A DNA stretch of 64,000 nucleotides, taken from the sequence record NZ_CP072340.1; one strand, given 5' to 3'. Positions 1-10,130 of this stretch are shown here, in pieces. The position numbers were made by a program, and so were the translations under genes. This DNA is from a plasmid. The stretch's first letter is position 1; the number at the start of each line of letters is the position of its first letter. The notes under the pieces were generated by a model. It had not been told where the DNA came from, ran no database searches, and was given only the letters and a program-made list of their open reading frames with translations.

Positions 1-844
1 CGGGTTCTATGAGCGTGTTGTCGGCAATGATGCTGCGCCGAAGGTGCAATCCGGTAGAGTCGCCGGGTATGATGTTCACGCTTCCAATCATGTAACGGGG
101 GTGTAGAGTAGGCGTTGCCGTGTCCGTAGTCCTGTATTTCGTAAGATGGAGCGTAACATCTACACTGCGTGAACCCCGTATAGAGTCTGCCGTATAGTAG
201 ATATAGTCTTTGTTGAAGCGGTAATAGCCTTGGTCGTTCAGTATCTTTGTAATGCGTTTCCGCTCGTTGTCCAAGGCTGCAACGGTGAATTGGTGCGGTC
301 GGTCGGTGTTGATGCCTTGCGAAAGCGTAGGTTTCAGAATGTCGGCAATAACCGAATCTTGAATGTCGTAGGCGAAATGGTCTATCATAAACGGTTCGCC
401 GGGCACCAACGTGTATATTGCCTTGAGCTTTTTCCCCCTTACCTTGGTGCTGAAAACCACGCGGGCGTTCATGTATCCCATGTTGTTCATTGCCAATCGG
501 AGGTCTTCGCACGACAGGCGAGCCTGCAACGTGTCGTAGTAAACGGGCTTTTCGCCAATGCGTTGCAGTGTTCTGTTAATCCATTTCGTGGTGTCTCGCC
601 CAGCTAAAGAGTAAGTGCCAAGAGGTATTTTGAAGAAAGAGAACCATCGGGAGTTTTCTTTCTGCCGTACATATTGTGCCAATTGCGACGCATTGAAGTC
701 GGCTGCATCAGAGCGAAGTTCCACTTTGTCGAGCAGATAACTGCCATCTGGCACAAACTTATCGGTGGAACACGATGCTAAAAATGTTGCTGCAATAGCA
801 AAAAACAGAAAGAAATATGTAGGGAAAACCTTTATCCGAAACAT
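1..844 (-). CDS. BamA/TamA-family outer membrane protein, N-terminal part (lipoprotein-type signal peptide plus POTRA-like repeats). It is partial and continues beyond the window start.
   Basis: Hand translation of the minus strand from ATG at 844..842 gives MFRIKVFPTYFFLFFAIAATFLASCSTDKF... with a signal peptide and lipobox-like LASC. Repeated beta-alpha-alpha-beta-beta POTRA-like segments follow (e.g. KPVYYDTLQARLSCEDLRLAMNNMGYMNARV, GYYRFNKDYIYYTADSI). There is no stop before position 1. The ORF track omitted it because it is partial. Confidence 0.5.
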   Translation of the reverse strand, partial: MFRIKVFPTYFFLFFAIAATFLASCSTDKFVPDGSYLLDKVELRSDAADFNASQLAQYVRQKENSRWFSFFKIPLGTYSLAGRDTTKWINRTLQRIGEKPVYYDTLQARLSCEDLRLAMNNMGYMNARVVFSTKVRGKKLKAIYTLVPGEPFMIDHFAYDIQDSVIADILKPTLSQGINTDRPHQFTVAALDNERKRITKILNDQGYYRFNKDYIYYTADSIRGSRSVDVTLHLTKYRTTDTATPTLHPRYMIGSVNIIPGDSTGLHLRRSIIADNTLIEP

Positions 845-895
845 TAATACTGCTGATTTTTTGCGCAAAGATACTAAAAAGTTGGCAGTAAAAGC

Positions 896-1669
896 GTGCA
901 AACAGAGAGTTTTTTGTATTTTTGTGGAGTGATATCGAAGAACAAAATAAAGCTCATCAGAGCACTCGAAACAAAGAAAGGACGTGTAAAACACGGTATG
1001 TTTGTAGCCGAAGGACCCAAGATTGTGGGCGATTTGCTGGCTGCAGGGTTTCGTTTGGCGGAGCTTTTCGATGATGAAGACGACATAAAAAAGGTGTCGT
1101 TCTTGCAACATCCGCAAGGAAAAGTCGGTGTGTTTAGGTTGCCCGATTATGTAGAAACGGCACATGACGAACGCGAAACGGCTGTTGATGAAAAGTGTAT
1201 GCCCATGCTTGGCGAACACGAACTGGCACTTGCGCTGGACGGAGTGCAGGACCCAGGCAATTTAGGAACCATCATTCGGGTGGCAGACTGGTTCGGAATA
1301 AAGCGCATTTTCTGTTCGATGGATACGGCAGATTGCTGGAATCCAAAGGTAGTGCAAGCCACAATGGGTAGCATTGCAAGGGTTCAGATATGTTACTTGG
1401 ACTTGGGAAGGTTCGTAAAATCACTTCCAACAGACTATCCTGTCTATGGAACACTGCTCGATGGAGACGACATCTACACACAGAAACTGACCCATCACGG
1501 CATTATAGTGATGGGAAACGAAGGCAACGGCATCTCGGCTGTCATTCGGAAGCATGTAAACAGGAAGCTGCTGATACCCAACTTCTCTATCGGAACAACA
1601 CGGGCAGAATCGCTTAACGTGGCAGTTGCAACTGCCATAGTGTGCTCGGAGTTCAGGCGAAGAGGGTAG
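896..1669 (+). CDS. SpoU/TrmH-family RNA 2'-O-methyltransferase (RlmB-like).
   Basis: Conserved SpoU motifs are present: LDGVQDPGNLGTIIRVADWFG, IVMGNEGNGIS, LNVAVATAIVCSEF. The track start is GTG 896. The true start may be the in-frame GTG at 929 (VISKNKIKLIR...), downstream of a TATTTTTG -7 box at 917..924. Confidence 0.8.
   Translation: MQTESFLYFCGVISKNKIKLIRALETKKGRVKHGMFVAEGPKIVGDLLAAGFRLAELFDDEDDIKKVSFLQHPQGKVGVFRLPDYVETAHDERETAVDEKCMPMLGEHELALALDGVQDPGNLGTIIRVADWFGIKRIFCSMDTADCWNPKVVQATMGSIARVQICYLDLGRFVKSLPTDYPVYGTLLDGDDIYTQKLTHHGIIVMGNEGNGISAVIRKHVNRKLLIPNFSIGTTRAESLNVAVATAIVCSEFRRRG
917..924 (+). promoter_or_regulatory. Candidate Bacteroidetes sigma-A -7 element (TAnnTTTG) for the SpoU-family methyltransferase gene.
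   Basis: TATTTTTG exactly matches the Bacteroides -7 consensus, a few bp upstream of the probable internal start. Confidence 0.3.
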
Positions 1670-1711
1670 GCGAGTGGCTCTTGCTTTGTCTGCATAACCC
1701 ATAAACAAGCT

Positions 1712-4411
1712 ATGAAGAAAAAGGAAACATACACATTGCTCGACGAAAGTCAGCAAAAGGTGGTAGACGCACAGCACGGCTATCACCTTGTGTTGGCATC
1801 GCCGGGCTGTGGAAAGACACATATCCTGGCTGAACGCATACGGCATGCACGACAACAAGGCATGGACTACGACGACATGCTGTGCCTGACGTTTACCAAC
1901 AGGGCTGCGCGCGAAATGCAAAACCGCGTTCGTGCGGTGATGAAAGACGACGATACAAGCAGTCTGCAAATAGGAAACGTGCACCATTTCTGTTCCAAAT
2001 TCTTGTTCGAAGAGGGCAAAGTGCCTGCCAATACTTCAATCATAGACGATGAAGAAGCCATCAGCATCATTGCTGAATACAGGCAAGAGAGTGAAGAAGC
2101 TGTGATGAACAACTACAAACGGCTGCAGGAATACAAGCAAATAATATTGTTTTCGCACCTTATGTTCCAGATGAAACACCACCATGAGTGGAAATATTAC
2201 CTCCACCCCGAGTGCCTTACTGCTACCGATAGAGAAGCCATGAAGCATATTTGCCGCACTCAGGATAAGCCCTACAACGAACAAACGGTGCTGGAAATAT
2301 ACGACAACGCAATGCTATATATCGACGAGACTGAATCGCCATACATTAACCGACAGCTCGCCGAAGCCATTCGGGCACTCATAATAAAGATGAATTTTGC
2401 CAAACTCTTTGCCGATTACAAAGAGGAACACGGCATGTTAGACTTCGAGGACTTGCTGCTCTACGCCTATAACATATACAGCACCGACCCCACATGCCGT
2501 AAGTACAAATGGATTCAGGTAGACGAAGTGCAAGATTTAAACGCCATGCAGCTTGCCATCATAGACCTGCTGGTGGACGACAACGACCCTACGGTGATGT
2601 ATCTCGGCGACGAACAGCAAGCCATCTTCTCATTCATGGGGGCAAAAATAGAAATGCTGAGCTTGCTGAAAACACGCTGTAAAGGCAACATTCACCATCT
2701 GTTGCAGAACCATCGCTCGCCAAAATACCTCTTAAACGTGTTCAACGACTATGCCGAACACGAACTGCACATAGACAGAGACCTGCTGCCTATTACCGAC
2801 AACGATGCTGAAGCCGGACAAAACGACCTTGTGGTATTGGCAACAGATACGGTTGAAGACGAGACCGATGCTGTTGCGATGACAGCAAAACGCCTGCTCG
2901 AGCAAGACAAGACCACCACGACAGCCATCATTGTAAATGCGAATGCCGACGCCGACAAGGTGAGCACTGCCCTGAACCTCCACAACGTAGACCATTTGAA
3001 GATTTCGGGGCGCGACCTTTTCGACACTTCTGCCATGAAAACGCTTATTGCGCACCTGTCAGTATTACACAACGAGCAGAACGTTCTGGCGTGGTCGCTC
3101 TTGATGAAAGGGCTGAAGGTGTTCGATTCGAAAGCGCTTGCACGCCGTTTTGTGCACAAACTCCGACAACTTTCGCTCTCTCCAACCGACTTCCTGCTGT
3201 ATTCGGACAGCAACTACACTGCCGACTTCCTGCAAAACTATACTGATGGCGACATCGTTGTGTTCGATACGGAGACAACGGGGCTTGATGTGTACAGCGA
3301 CGACATTATTGAGATAGCAGCAATTCGGCTGCACAACGGAGCGATAGTGGGCGAACCGCTCGACCTTTATATTCGTACCGATAAGCCCATTTTGCCGAAA
3401 CTTGGCGAAAAAGACAACCCGATGTATGCCATTTACCACGAAAAAATGCACCGGAACCAACTGCTTTCGCCTGCCGAAGCCTTGCAACGGTTCTGGCAAT
3501 ATGTGGGCGATGCTGCCCTGTTGGCACACAACGCCAGCTACGACAGCAACATCTTAGACTACAACATGCGTCGCTATACACCGGCAGATAGTTGGAAAAG
3601 TCATACAAATACGTGCTTCGACTCGCTCAAGCTCATACGTCTGCTTGCGCCTGGACTGTCATCTTACAAGTTAGAGGCACTGTTGGAACACTTCCATCTT
3701 GCAGGAACCAACTCGCATCAGGCTATCGACGACGTGGCAGCGACCCTATCGCTGGTACACCTCTGTGCTGATAAGGCAGCAAAGCAAAAGCCCCTGCAGG
3801 CAACCTTTATGCACCATAAACGAGTTGTTCCCTACATTCAGCGTTTCCGTGCAGCATACGCACCGCTCTTCAGAAATACGCTTTCGCACTGCTACGAAAT
3901 AGAAATGGGTGGCGAAAAGGCGCTTGTAACCGAGATAAAGAGTGTGTACAACGAACTGGTGGCACAAGGACTGATAGCCAAGATAGAACGTCTGCCTTAC
4001 TTCCTGCGCTACTTGGAATTCGATTTATTGACAGACAGGGACACGCCCAATGTACTTATCGAACAACTGAACCGTTACATTATAGAAATCAATACGATGA
4101 AAGAAAGCGACTTTTGCAACAGCAGAAGCATTGAAGAACGGGTCTACGTTACCACCATACACAAGGCAAAGGGCTTGGAATTCGACAATGTCATCGTCTA
4201 CGATGCCGCTTCCGAACGCTATCCGAACAAGCGTAACACCACTGAAAGGCAAAATCAGGAAGACGCCCGCAAGTTCTATGTAGCCATGTCGCGTGCCAAG
4301 CACCGCCTCATCGTGGCATATTCGCTCACCGCCCGCGACTGGCACGGTGTGTCGTATAGTCGCGAGCTCACTCCATTTATGAACAGCATTGTCCACCATT
4401 TCAACGGATAG
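1712..4411 (+). CDS. UvrD/Rep-family ATP-dependent DNA helicase with an embedded DnaQ-like 3'-5' exonuclease (DEDD) domain.
   Basis: Walker A ASPGCGKTH is near the N-terminus. The UvrD helicase motif II is WIQVDEVQDLNAMQL. The exonuclease segment reads VVFDTETTGLD...AHNASYDSNIL...HQAIDDVAATL (Exo I-III). The C-terminal UvrD_C motif is TTIHKAKGLEFDNVIVYDA. The 899-aa ORF starts with an ATG. Confidence 0.8.
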   Translation: MKKKETYTLLDESQQKVVDAQHGYHLVLASPGCGKTHILAERIRHARQQGMDYDDMLCLTFTNRAAREMQNRVRAVMKDDDTSSLQIGNVHHFCSKFLFEEGKVPANTSIIDDEEAISIIAEYRQESEEAVMNNYKRLQEYKQIILFSHLMFQMKHHHEWKYYLHPECLTATDREAMKHICRTQDKPYNEQTVLEIYDNAMLYIDETESPYINRQLAEAIRALIIKMNFAKLFADYKEEHGMLDFEDLLLYAYNIYSTDPTCRKYKWIQVDEVQDLNAMQLAIIDLLVDDNDPTVMYLGDEQQAIFSFMGAKIEMLSLLKTRCKGNIHHLLQNHRSPKYLLNVFNDYAEHELHIDRDLLPITDNDAEAGQNDLVVLATDTVEDETDAVAMTAKRLLEQDKTTTTAIIVNANADADKVSTALNLHNVDHLKISGRDLFDTSAMKTLIAHLSVLHNEQNVLAWSLLMKGLKVFDSKALARRFVHKLRQLSLSPTDFLLYSDSNYTADFLQNYTDGDIVVFDTETTGLDVYSDDIIEIAAIRLHNGAIVGEPLDLYIRTDKPILPKLGEKDNPMYAIYHEKMHRNQLLSPAEALQRFWQYVGDAALLAHNASYDSNILDYNMRRYTPADSWKSHTNTCFDSLKLIRLLAPGLSSYKLEALLEHFHLAGTNSHQAIDDVAATLSLVHLCADKAAKQKPLQATFMHHKRVVPYIQRFRAAYAPLFRNTLSHCYEIEMGGEKALVTEIKSVYNELVAQGLIAKIERLPYFLRYLEFDLLTDRDTPNVLIEQLNRYIIEINTMKESDFCNSRSIEERVYVTTIHKAKGLEFDNVIVYDAASERYPNKRNTTERQNQEDARKFYVAMSRAKHRLIVAYSLTARDWHGVSYSRELTPFMNSIVHHFNG

Positions 4412-4468
4412 ACAGTGCCATATCGTGGCTTGGCAGGGCAATTACTATGTTAATAAAAAACAACATTT

Positions 4469-4879
4469 ATGATGATTGGTAACCATACAACGTTAAGTGT
4501 GTACGTTCCACTGCTTATGGCAGTGGTATTGGGTGCAATGACCTATTTTCATTGGCACCATAGACTGAAGTATTTATATTTGGCAGCCCTGTTGCTCTTG
4601 TTGGTTTACGCCATTACGTCTGCCATATATGTCAGTCATTCGGCAGGCTATAATTTGTCTGCGTCTTTAATAAAAGGTGCTCCGCTTTTGTGGCGTTTCG
4701 TCTGCCTTGGCGGAATCGTTCTATTCTTTGCATCTGTTGGCTGCTTTGTATATGAAAATGGAAGTTTCAAACTGTTCTTTAAAATCGTCTCGTGCATCGG
4801 AATAGGCTTTTTTATGCTGTGCGGCTTCTATTCGTTCTTTTTCATCATGGCAGGTCTTGCATCGCTGAAAAGTGGATAA
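4469..4879 (+). CDS. Hypothetical small integral membrane protein (four predicted TM segments).
   Basis: The 136-aa ORF is very hydrophobic with several TM-like stretches. No recognisable catalytic motif is present. Confidence 0.4.
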   Translation: MMIGNHTTLSVYVPLLMAVVLGAMTYFHWHHRLKYLYLAALLLLLVYAITSAIYVSHSAGYNLSASLIKGAPLLWRFVCLGGIVLFFASVGCFVYENGSFKLFFKIVSCIGIGFFMLCGFYSFFFIMAGLASLKSG

Positions 4880-5016
4880 GACACCATTCAACATGCATAC
4901 TGTAAGACTGCGAAACACATTCTGTAAAGACTGACAAAGCACCTAAATTCTCTCATATCTCTTTAGTCTATCAGCACAAATTTTCGTAAGTATGCCGAAT
5001 TATAGGTGTTTTTCTG

Positions 5017-5024
5017 TAACTTTG
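5017..5024 (+). promoter_or_regulatory. Candidate -7 promoter element TAACTTTG upstream of trmB.
   Basis: It matches TAnnTTTG and lies 9 bp upstream of the ATG at 5033. Confidence 0.3.
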
Positions 5025-5032
5025 CAGCCACT

Positions 5033-5824
5033 ATGAGCAAAGGAAAGTTACAGAAGTTTGCAGCGTTAGAGACGTTTAAAAATGTCTTTCAGTATCCGTA
5101 TGGCGTAATAAGCGAAATTCCTTTCGACATGAAAGGACATTGGAACGAACAGTATTTCCATAACAACCACCCGATAGTTCTGGAGTTGGGGTGTGGAAAA
5201 GGTGAATATACCGTGGGCTTGGCGCGTCGTTATCCACACATAAACTTCGTTGGCGTAGACATAAAAGGAGCGAGAATTTACACAGGCGCAAAGCAAGCAT
5301 TAGACGAGAATTTGCCCAATGTGGCTTTCCTTCGCACGAATATAGAGATTATAGACCGCTTCTTTGATGCCGGCGAGGTTCGGGAAATTTGGCTGACTTT
5401 CTCCGACCCGCAGATGAAGAACCCACGCAAGCGCCTTTCGTCTACCTATTTCTTAAACCGCTATCGCAACTTTATGGAAGACGGTGGAGTGGTGCACCTG
5501 AAGACCGATTCCAATTTCCTCTTCACCTATACCACCTGTCTCGTCCGCGAAAACCACCTGCCCTTGCTCTTCCGTACCGACGACTTGTATGGCACCGGGA
5601 CCAATGGCACGCAACCTGCAGATATCGATTCGGAAACAAGGGAAATACTCGGAATACATACTTACTACGAAAACCAATGGTTGGAGCGTGGACTGAACAT
5701 AAAGTACATGAAGTTCCGACTGCCGCACGCAGGCAACCTTGTTGAACCGGACGTGGAGATAGAACTCGACGACTACCGTTCGTTTAAGCGCACCAAACGT
5801 AGTGGAAAGGAAACAGCAAGATAG
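5033..5824 (+). CDS. trmB: tRNA (guanine46-N7)-methyltransferase.
   Basis: The SAM-binding motif [34 protein letters not shown] is present, followed by the TrmB signature [13 protein letters not shown]. The track ORF begins at GTG 5006. ATG 5033 (MSKGKLQKF...) is the more likely start. Confidence 0.85.
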   Translation: MSKGKLQKFAALETFKNVFQYPYGVISEIPFDMKGHWNEQYFHNNHPIVLELGCGKGEYTVGLARRYPHINFVGVDIKGARIYTGAKQALDENLPNVAFLRTNIEIIDRFFDAGEVREIWLTFSDPQMKNPRKRLSSTYFLNRYRNFMEDGGVVHLKTDSNFLFTYTTCLVRENHLPLLFRTDDLYGTGTNGTQPADIDSETREILGIHTYYENQWLERGLNIKYMKFRLPHAGNLVEPDVEIELDDYRSFKRTKRSGKETAR

Positions 5825-5919
5825 AATTTTATTATTTAAGAGAGTGCCATTGCAAAATATGTATCAAAATAATCAGCAACAATGTAGCTCTTTATATATT
5901 CTTCCAAATACGGGTTGTA

Positions 5920-6171
5920 TTATAGAGTGCCACCAATTCCTTTAAACTTTTCAATGAAAGCTGTAATCTTCTTGAATATATTTTTAGTCCTGTGGGTATC
6001 GCCATCAAGGCGAGCTTTGCCAGCCTCAACAAACTCCTTGTTCCATTTGTAGTAAGATAAGTTCGACGTGGAACAATATGCTTTGTTTTCATAATAAAAA
6101 ACTATTAAAGGAAGGCTCTGATAATTCTTATAAATGGTCGCTTTAAAATATTTGCACGAAATATTTGCCAT
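5920..6171 (-). CDS. Hypothetical small protein (83 aa).
   Basis: A complete ORF with an ATG lies between trmB and glyA on the opposite strand. It has no recognisable motif and may be spurious. Confidence 0.25.
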   Translation of the reverse strand: MANISCKYFKATIYKNYQSLPLIVFYYENKAYCSTSNLSYYKWNKEFVEAGKARLDGDTHRTKNIFKKITAFIEKFKGIGGTL

Positions 6172-6281
6172 GTTATTAGAAAATTCCTATATTTGCAACT
6201 AATTATAACAACCTTGCTTTTGGCGACATCTTACTAAAAACCGTGGACTGTCGGCGGAGGCATTTTTAATACTTAAACAAC

Positions 6282-7562
6282 ATGAGAAAAGATCTTGAGA
6301 TTTTCGATCTCATCGAGCAAGAGCACCAGCGCCAGTTAAAAGGCATGGAGCTGATTGCTTCGGAAAACTTCGTCAGCGACGAAGTTATGCAGGCAATGGG
6401 GTCTTACCTTACCAACAAGTACGCTGAAGGCTATCCCGGCAAGCGTTATTATGGTGGCTGTCAGGTAGTAGACGTAGTAGAGAACCTATGTATCGAGCGT
6501 GTAAAGAAGATATTCGGTGCATGCTGGGCTAACGTGCAACCACACTCTGGCGCACAGGCTAACCAAGCTGTTCTTGCTGCTGTTCTCCAACCGGGCGACA
6601 CCTTTATGGGACTCGACCTTAACCATGGCGGGCACCTTTCACACGGTAGCCCAGTAAACAACTCTGGTATTCTCTACCACCCAATTGGCTATCAGCTCGA
6701 CAAAGAGACGGGACGCGTAGACTACGACCACATGGAGAAACTCGCACGCGAGCACAAACCAAAGCTCATTATTGCAGGTGCATCAGCCTACAGCCGCGAG
6801 TGGGACTACGCACGCTTCCGCAAGGTTGCTGACGAAATTGGGGCTATCTTCATGGTAGACATGGCTCATCCGGCAGGTTTGATAGCCGCAGGTCTGCTCG
6901 AGAACCCTGTCAAGTACGCTCACATCGTAACAACAACTACACACAAGACCCTCCGTGGTCCTCGTGGCGGTGTGATTATGATGGGCGAAGACTTCGACAA
7001 CCCATGGGGAAAGAAGACACCGAAGGGTGTCATCAAGAAGATGTCTCAACTTCTCGACTCTGCTGTGTTCCCTGGAAACCAAGGCGGTCCGTTAGAGCAC
7101 GTTATTGCTGCCAAGGCTGTTGCCTTCGGCGAAATTCTACTACCAAGCTGGAAACAGTACGCTACACAAGTAAAAGAAAACGCTGCTGTACTTGCCGACG
7201 AACTCGTAAAGCGTGGTTACGGCATCGTTTCCGGTGGTACCGACAACCATTCAATGTTGCTTGACCTCCGCACGAAGTTCCCTGAACTCACCGGTAAGGT
7301 TGCAGAGAATGCTCTTGTTGCAGCTGACATTACAGTGAACAAGAACATGGTACCATTCGATACACGCTCTGCATTCCAGACGTCAGGTATCCGTCTTGGT
7401 ACCGCTGCCATGACTACTCGTGGAGCCAAAACCGACCTTATGGTGCTCGTTGCCGAGCTTATCGACAAGGTTCTTTCTGCACCGGAAGACGAAAAAGTCA
7501 TTGCAGAAGTTCGCGAGAAAGTAAACGCAACAATGAAAGATTATCCATTGTTCGCATACTAA
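6282..7562 (+). CDS. glyA: Serine hydroxymethyltransferase.
   Basis: Full-length SHMT signature: [11 protein letters not shown], the PLP-lysine region [20 protein letters not shown]. 426 aa. Confidence 0.95.
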   Translation: MRKDLEIFDLIEQEHQRQLKGMELIASENFVSDEVMQAMGSYLTNKYAEGYPGKRYYGGCQVVDVVENLCIERVKKIFGACWANVQPHSGAQANQAVLAAVLQPGDTFMGLDLNHGGHLSHGSPVNNSGILYHPIGYQLDKETGRVDYDHMEKLAREHKPKLIIAGASAYSREWDYARFRKVADEIGAIFMVDMAHPAGLIAAGLLENPVKYAHIVTTTTHKTLRGPRGGVIMMGEDFDNPWGKKTPKGVIKKMSQLLDSAVFPGNQGGPLEHVIAAKAVAFGEILLPSWKQYATQVKENAAVLADELVKRGYGIVSGGTDNHSMLLDLRTKFPELTGKVAENALVAADITVNKNMVPFDTRSAFQTSGIRLGTAAMTTRGAKTDLMVLVAELIDKVLSAPEDEKVIAEVREKVNATMKDYPLFAY

Positions 7563-7967
7563 TCAAGAACAAAACAAAATTTCTCATAGCTAAAAAGACT
7601 CCCTCCGCAGTATTACCGCAGGGGGAGTTCTTGCTTTTATTTATTAACACACCGATTTTGCATTTTCTCACATCCCTCATATCATTATCATTAGGATTTG
7701 TCTGAATATGAGGAACCGTAAAGCAGTGGTGTATTCTCCCCATAGTATAGGCATGCTTCTGTATGTTTCCAACACCCTAACCAATTAATTTTGTTTGTAT
7801 ATGATTTGTATATGAGGTTACGCTCAAACGCACCCTCGTCTTGCGGAGTGTTTGCAGACATATATAATAATAAGGTGGTAGCTGCATTGCAGATTGTTTG
7901 CAACTGTTTTTACAACCATCACGCTACGAGGGTTTTATGGAACATGAATCATGCTGAATGCAGTTTA

Positions 7968-9191
7968 CTACCTTTCTCTTATAATTCTGCTTTTGTGCAC
8001 ATAGCCAGTCTTGCCGTCGTTTGTAGAAACCTTCCACCACTCGCCGTCCGCCTCTAAAACACGAACTGGAGTGTCGGAAGGAATGCGTCCGATTATCCGT
8101 GCCGATGTGCCGCCCTTTTCCCGCAGGTTGCAATAACCATCAGAATCGTATATAAAGTGAGACGCAACCTTATTGTTGAGTCCATTAGCAGTTTCTGTTT
8201 CCTGTACAGAATGAATAGAGGCTACAAGTTCTTCCAGCCTATTGTTATCATAAAAATTGTGCTTTTTAAGTCGGCTTTCTATATCTGGAAACTGACGAAG
8301 AAAATATTCAAGATATTCGAAAGCCTTGCTGCCACGAGGTTCAAGAATAGCTGCCCGGTTCTTGTCGTCGTAGTCCATCATGAGCGTAACCAAGTAAGCC
8401 AAACATTGGTCTTTCACGTTCACATCGTATTCCAATACATCAAACGTCCAAGAAAACGATGTAACAATTCCTTCAAAGTCTTTAAAATCGTCTCGGTTAT
8501 TGGCACATTGTTCGTATATCTGTTTTATAAGCCGTTTCCTAATACCTCGTTTCTTGTTATTATAAAATAATATCGATATGACAGATGGATCGTCGAAATA
8601 GCTAGACAGTCGTGCATTTCTCACGGCTATCTCCATGAGGTCTGGATTACCCTCATAGTCGAACTTGAAAACCACTTCAGTTGCATCGCCTGAGTTTTCT
8701 TTAAAGTATGGCAGAACTGTAGAATCGTTGTTGAACAGCAATTTGTTATATGCCGCAATTCTTTTACCTGCACCCGACTCGTTGTCGTAGAGGTATCTCC
8801 TTGCGTCTTCTTTGGTTACGTTTTTCTCAATCCATGGTTGGTAGAACAAATCTTCTACGTCTGGGTAGATAAATCTACCAAATTCGTTAATCGTATAGTC
8901 AGTATCTATCGAATTAATTGGGTTTGCTGTCGTTTTTGGAACTGCAGGCAAATATAGTCCGAACAAATATAAACATTTATCGCGGAAGGACTGTTGCGAT
9001 GGTTCTTTATAGCCATTCTCTTTCAGAAATGTCCTAATCGTTTCGGTTTGCCATTTGTCTCGGTCGAAAATCTTCTTGTTATTAATCTTTCTAACTGTCT
9101 TTATGTTGCAACAAGTCCAACTATATGCACCATTGTAAACAAAAAGTAAGCAGAGTATTAACAGTGAGTAAAATCGATTGTTCATACGCAA
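7968..9191 (-). CDS. Secreted hypothetical protein with a C-terminal SH3b-like domain.
   Basis: N-terminal signal peptide MRMNNRFYSLLILCLLFVYNGAYS. C-terminal tail ARIIGRIPSDTPVRVLEADGEWWKVSTNDGKTGYVHKSRI is typical of bacterial SH3. No other motif was recognised. Confidence 0.5.
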   Translation of the reverse strand: MRMNNRFYSLLILCLLFVYNGAYSWTCCNIKTVRKINNKKIFDRDKWQTETIRTFLKENGYKEPSQQSFRDKCLYLFGLYLPAVPKTTANPINSIDTDYTINEFGRFIYPDVEDLFYQPWIEKNVTKEDARRYLYDNESGAGKRIAAYNKLLFNNDSTVLPYFKENSGDATEVVFKFDYEGNPDLMEIAVRNARLSSYFDDPSVISILFYNNKKRGIRKRLIKQIYEQCANNRDDFKDFEGIVTSFSWTFDVLEYDVNVKDQCLAYLVTLMMDYDDKNRAAILEPRGSKAFEYLEYFLRQFPDIESRLKKHNFYDNNRLEELVASIHSVQETETANGLNNKVASHFIYDSDGYCNLREKGGTSARIIGRIPSDTPVRVLEADGEWWKVSTNDGKTGYVHKSRIIRER

Positions 9192-9401
9192 TTACACCTT
9201 AATTTCTATTCTTACACAAAGATAATTATTAAAATCGGTTCAATGAAGATATACGCTAAATATTTACGACGGCATTGCAAAAATAATGCAAAGCCACAAT
9301 GTAGAAATCGTAAAAACGCCTGTCAATACACTTCTAAAAGACAGAATACAACAAAAATGATTTTTGGAATTTGCTAAAATGAATACATTGTCCTCGTAGC
9401 T

Positions 9402-9740
9402 GTGGCTTTCTTTATGGAGTACATTGACTCCACATCCTTGATAACTACTTTGCCATTAATGGCAGCTTACTTCGGGGTGAAAAGCAACATGATGAGCATC
9501 GGCATTACAGTCTATATGATTTCGCTGGCAGTATTCATTCCCGTAAGCGGCTGGGTAGCGACAAGTATGGCACGCGTTAAGTGTTCGTCTATGCAGTGTT
9601 GGGATTTATCAATACATCAACCAATCCCCACTCAATAGTACGTTATCAGCTATCGTTCCTGCTGATTACATTCGTTGAACTTATAGCGTTGACTGAATAT
9701 GGGAAGATAAAGTCAGAGCCAGGAAAAATAATCGCCAATT
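9402..9740 (+). pseudogene. Remnant of an MFS (DHA-type) transporter gene: N-terminal fragment only, with frame breaks.
   Basis: The 78-aa ORF YIDSTSLITTLPLMAAYFG...SIGITVYMISLAVFIPVSGWVA matches the conserved TM1-TM2 region of MFS drug-efflux transporters. A further TM-like stretch sits in another frame downstream (YQLSFLLITFVEL). Upstream there is an MNTLSS-stop fragment. Total length is under 350 bp, against about 1.3 kb expected. Confidence 0.5.
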
Positions 9741-9760
9741 AGCTTATATTAAAGTTACGA

Positions 9761-9795
9761 GGGTGTGTCAAAAAATCTGACACACCCTTGTTGTC
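9761..9795. terminator. Rho-independent terminator-like hairpin (10-bp stem GGGTGTGTCA/TGACACACCC), probably bidirectional.
   Basis: A perfect 10-bp inverted repeat with a 7-nt loop is followed by TTGTTGTCT on the plus strand and preceded by a T-rich stretch on the minus strand. It lies between the MFS remnant (plus) and the small acidic-protein gene (minus). Confidence 0.5.
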
Positions 9796-9896
9796 TAAAT
9801 ATTGGATACACCTGCAAAGTGTACCGCGTCTCTCCCCCTGGCAGGCAAGACTCCTCATTCTCTACTCTGCCCAGAGAGGAATAGAAATAAGGCTCC

Positions 9897-10106
9897 TTAG
9901 TCGCCCCAGACCTCATCAAAGTGATGCTCCTTGGCACCAGAGACGCCAGGACCATTTCCCGTGTCATCGTGCACGTCTCCCTTACTCGGCCACTTGGAAC
10001 TGTCAGAACCGATGTCGTACTTGTTTTTTTCAGAACCAGTTGTAAGCAGTAGCTCCATATCTATAGCGGTAACATCAATGTAAGGTTGTCGATATGTTTT
10101 TTTCAT
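9897..10106 (-). CDS. Small acidic Asp/Gly-rich protein (69 aa), co-oriented with the upstream T9SS cargo gene and 24 bp downstream of it. Homologous to the 30395..30616 protein.
   Basis: MKKTYRQPYIDVTAIDMELLLTTGSE... aligns with the 73-aa protein at 30395 (MKRTYIVPKIGIQTVHTEQSLLLRFSQ...). Both have a conserved N-terminus followed by a D/G-rich tail (GDVHDDTGNGPG). No signal peptide. Confidence 0.6.
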   Translation of the reverse strand: MKKTYRQPYIDVTAIDMELLLTTGSEKNKYDIGSDSSKWPSKGDVHDDTGNGPGVSGAKEHHFDEVWGD

Positions 10107-10130
10107 TGTGATTATAGTTTTAATTACTTT

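Noticed and set aside
230-607. The 125-aa plus-strand ORF in the track.
   Set aside because: It lies entirely antisense to the well-supported POTRA-protein reading frame (minus strand, 1..844), has no motif and has an unusual composition. It is probably spurious.
7600-7640. A terminator hairpin after glyA (ACTCCC...GGGAGT).
   Set aside because: Only a 6-bp stem with a large, partly unpaired loop is present. This is too weak to call confidently, although the T-rich tail is suggestive.
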